This document shows positions 63,263 to 64,000 of a stretch of 64,000 bases of DNA, piece after piece. The notes beneath the pieces are model-generated. The model was not told the DNA's origin. It saw only the letters and a list, made by a program, of their open reading frames with translations, and ran no database searches. A program made the position numbers and the translations under genes. The DNA lies in the NCBI GenBank assembly GCA_015066815.1, contig SVNR01000001.1, positions 7,215-71,214 on the forward strand. The letters run 5' to 3'. Source of the DNA: Ruminococcus sp. Its GTDB lineage: Bacteria; Bacillota; Clostridia; Oscillospirales; Ruminococcaceae. Positions within the stretch are counted from its first letter, which is position 1, and every line of letters starts with the position of its first letter.

Positions 63263-64000
63263 AAACTATCCGCTCCTTCTATCTCATATTCTATAAGAAT
63301 ATCATCACCTATTGTTTTTATTTTTGGCTTTGCCAGCATAAACGCCTCATCCGGAAGAGCCGCTCCGGCTCCCCCTACAGGAGTTTTTGCCCCCGCACCG
63401 CCAAATATCTTCGGAGCAACATACACCTGAAGCTTGTTTACTATACCGCTTTTTAATGCACTGTACGCAAGCTCCGAACCACCCTCAAGCAGAATACTGT
63501 CTATATGCAGTTCTGCCGCAAGGTATCTCATAAGCTCTTTAAGATCTACCCTGCCATCCTCTGAAGCAGATGTTTTTATCACCTTTGCACCTGATTTTTC
63601 TATGTGTTTTATCTTTTCTGTGTCATCGCTTACCGTCGCAATAACTGTAGGTATATCCGCCGCTGTTTTAAGTATATTGCAGTCAGTCGGGATACGAAGT
63701 GAGCTGTCACATATTATTCTTGTATGAACTCCCGGATCATCAAGCCTGCAGGTAAGCATAGGGTCATCCGCAAGCACTGTTCCTATGCCTGCCATTATCG
63801 CCGCTGTCCGCTTTCTGGTACGCTGAACCTCCAGACGTGACGCCTCTGAGGTTATCCATTTTGACTTCCCTGCATATGTGGCAATCTTTCCGTCAGCGGT
63901 CATGGCATACTTTAATATGACATAGGGTGTTCTGCATGATATATAGTGGAAAAATATATCGTTCAAGCTGTCACACTCGTCTTTCATAACACCTTCTGTT
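63247..64000 (-). CDS. ribD: RibD deaminase/reductase, C-terminal part (5' end outside window)
   Basis: KYAMTADGKIAT, SKWIT, GIGTVLADDPMLTCR, LLEGG. Confidence 0.93.
   Translation of the reverse strand, partial: TEGVMKDECDSLNDIFFHYISCRTPYVILKYAMTADGKIATYAGKSKWITSEASRLEVQRTRKRTAAIMAGIGTVLADDPMLTCRLDDPGVHTRIICDSSLRIPTDCNILKTAADIPTVIATVSDDTEKIKHIEKSGAKVIKTSASEDGRVDLKELMRYLAAELHIDSILLEGGSELAYSALKSGIVNKLQVYVAPKIFGGAGAKTPVGGAGAALPDEAFMLAKPKIKTIGDDILIEYEIEGADSFCSQE

Overview
Monoderm anaerobe DNA, most consistent with a cellulosome-producing Ruminococcus-like firmicute (dockerins, cohesins, CbpC/GP25-like type IV pilins, many near-consensus sigmaA promoters). This is inferred from gene content. Left to right: (1) 5'-truncated aquaporin and a GH5 lipoprotein; (2) LysR regulator plus a small ferredoxin:thioredoxin-reductase-like protein; (3) a visibly AT-rich island with a C39 peptidase ABC transporter, two double-glycine-leader peptide precursors, a DUF5085-like protein, an HlyD-like protein and an Ig-domain surface protein; (4) two dockerin-bearing CE1 esterases and a His-rich TPM-like membrane protein; (5) a 12.4-kb operon for malate dehydrogenase, fumarase, HdrBCA-FlxDCBA, a soluble fumarate reductase pair and an AspT-family exporter, followed by rex; (6) pnuC, a dockerin-bearing DUF4874/DUF4832 protein, a GGDEF protein and an unusual dockerin-cohesin-cohesin-CAP protein; (7) a lipid-carrier glycosylation cluster with two YfhO-like GT-C proteins, directly adjoining (8) a full type IVa pilus locus; (9) riboflavin genes, with ribD truncated at the window end. 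Non-coding highlights: a 46-bp motif of fixed length in three intergenic copies (two bracket ribH) and a family of four REP-like palindromes. No tRNA, rRNA, CRISPR array or transposase was seen. All family assignments come from motif recognition by eye, not database searches.
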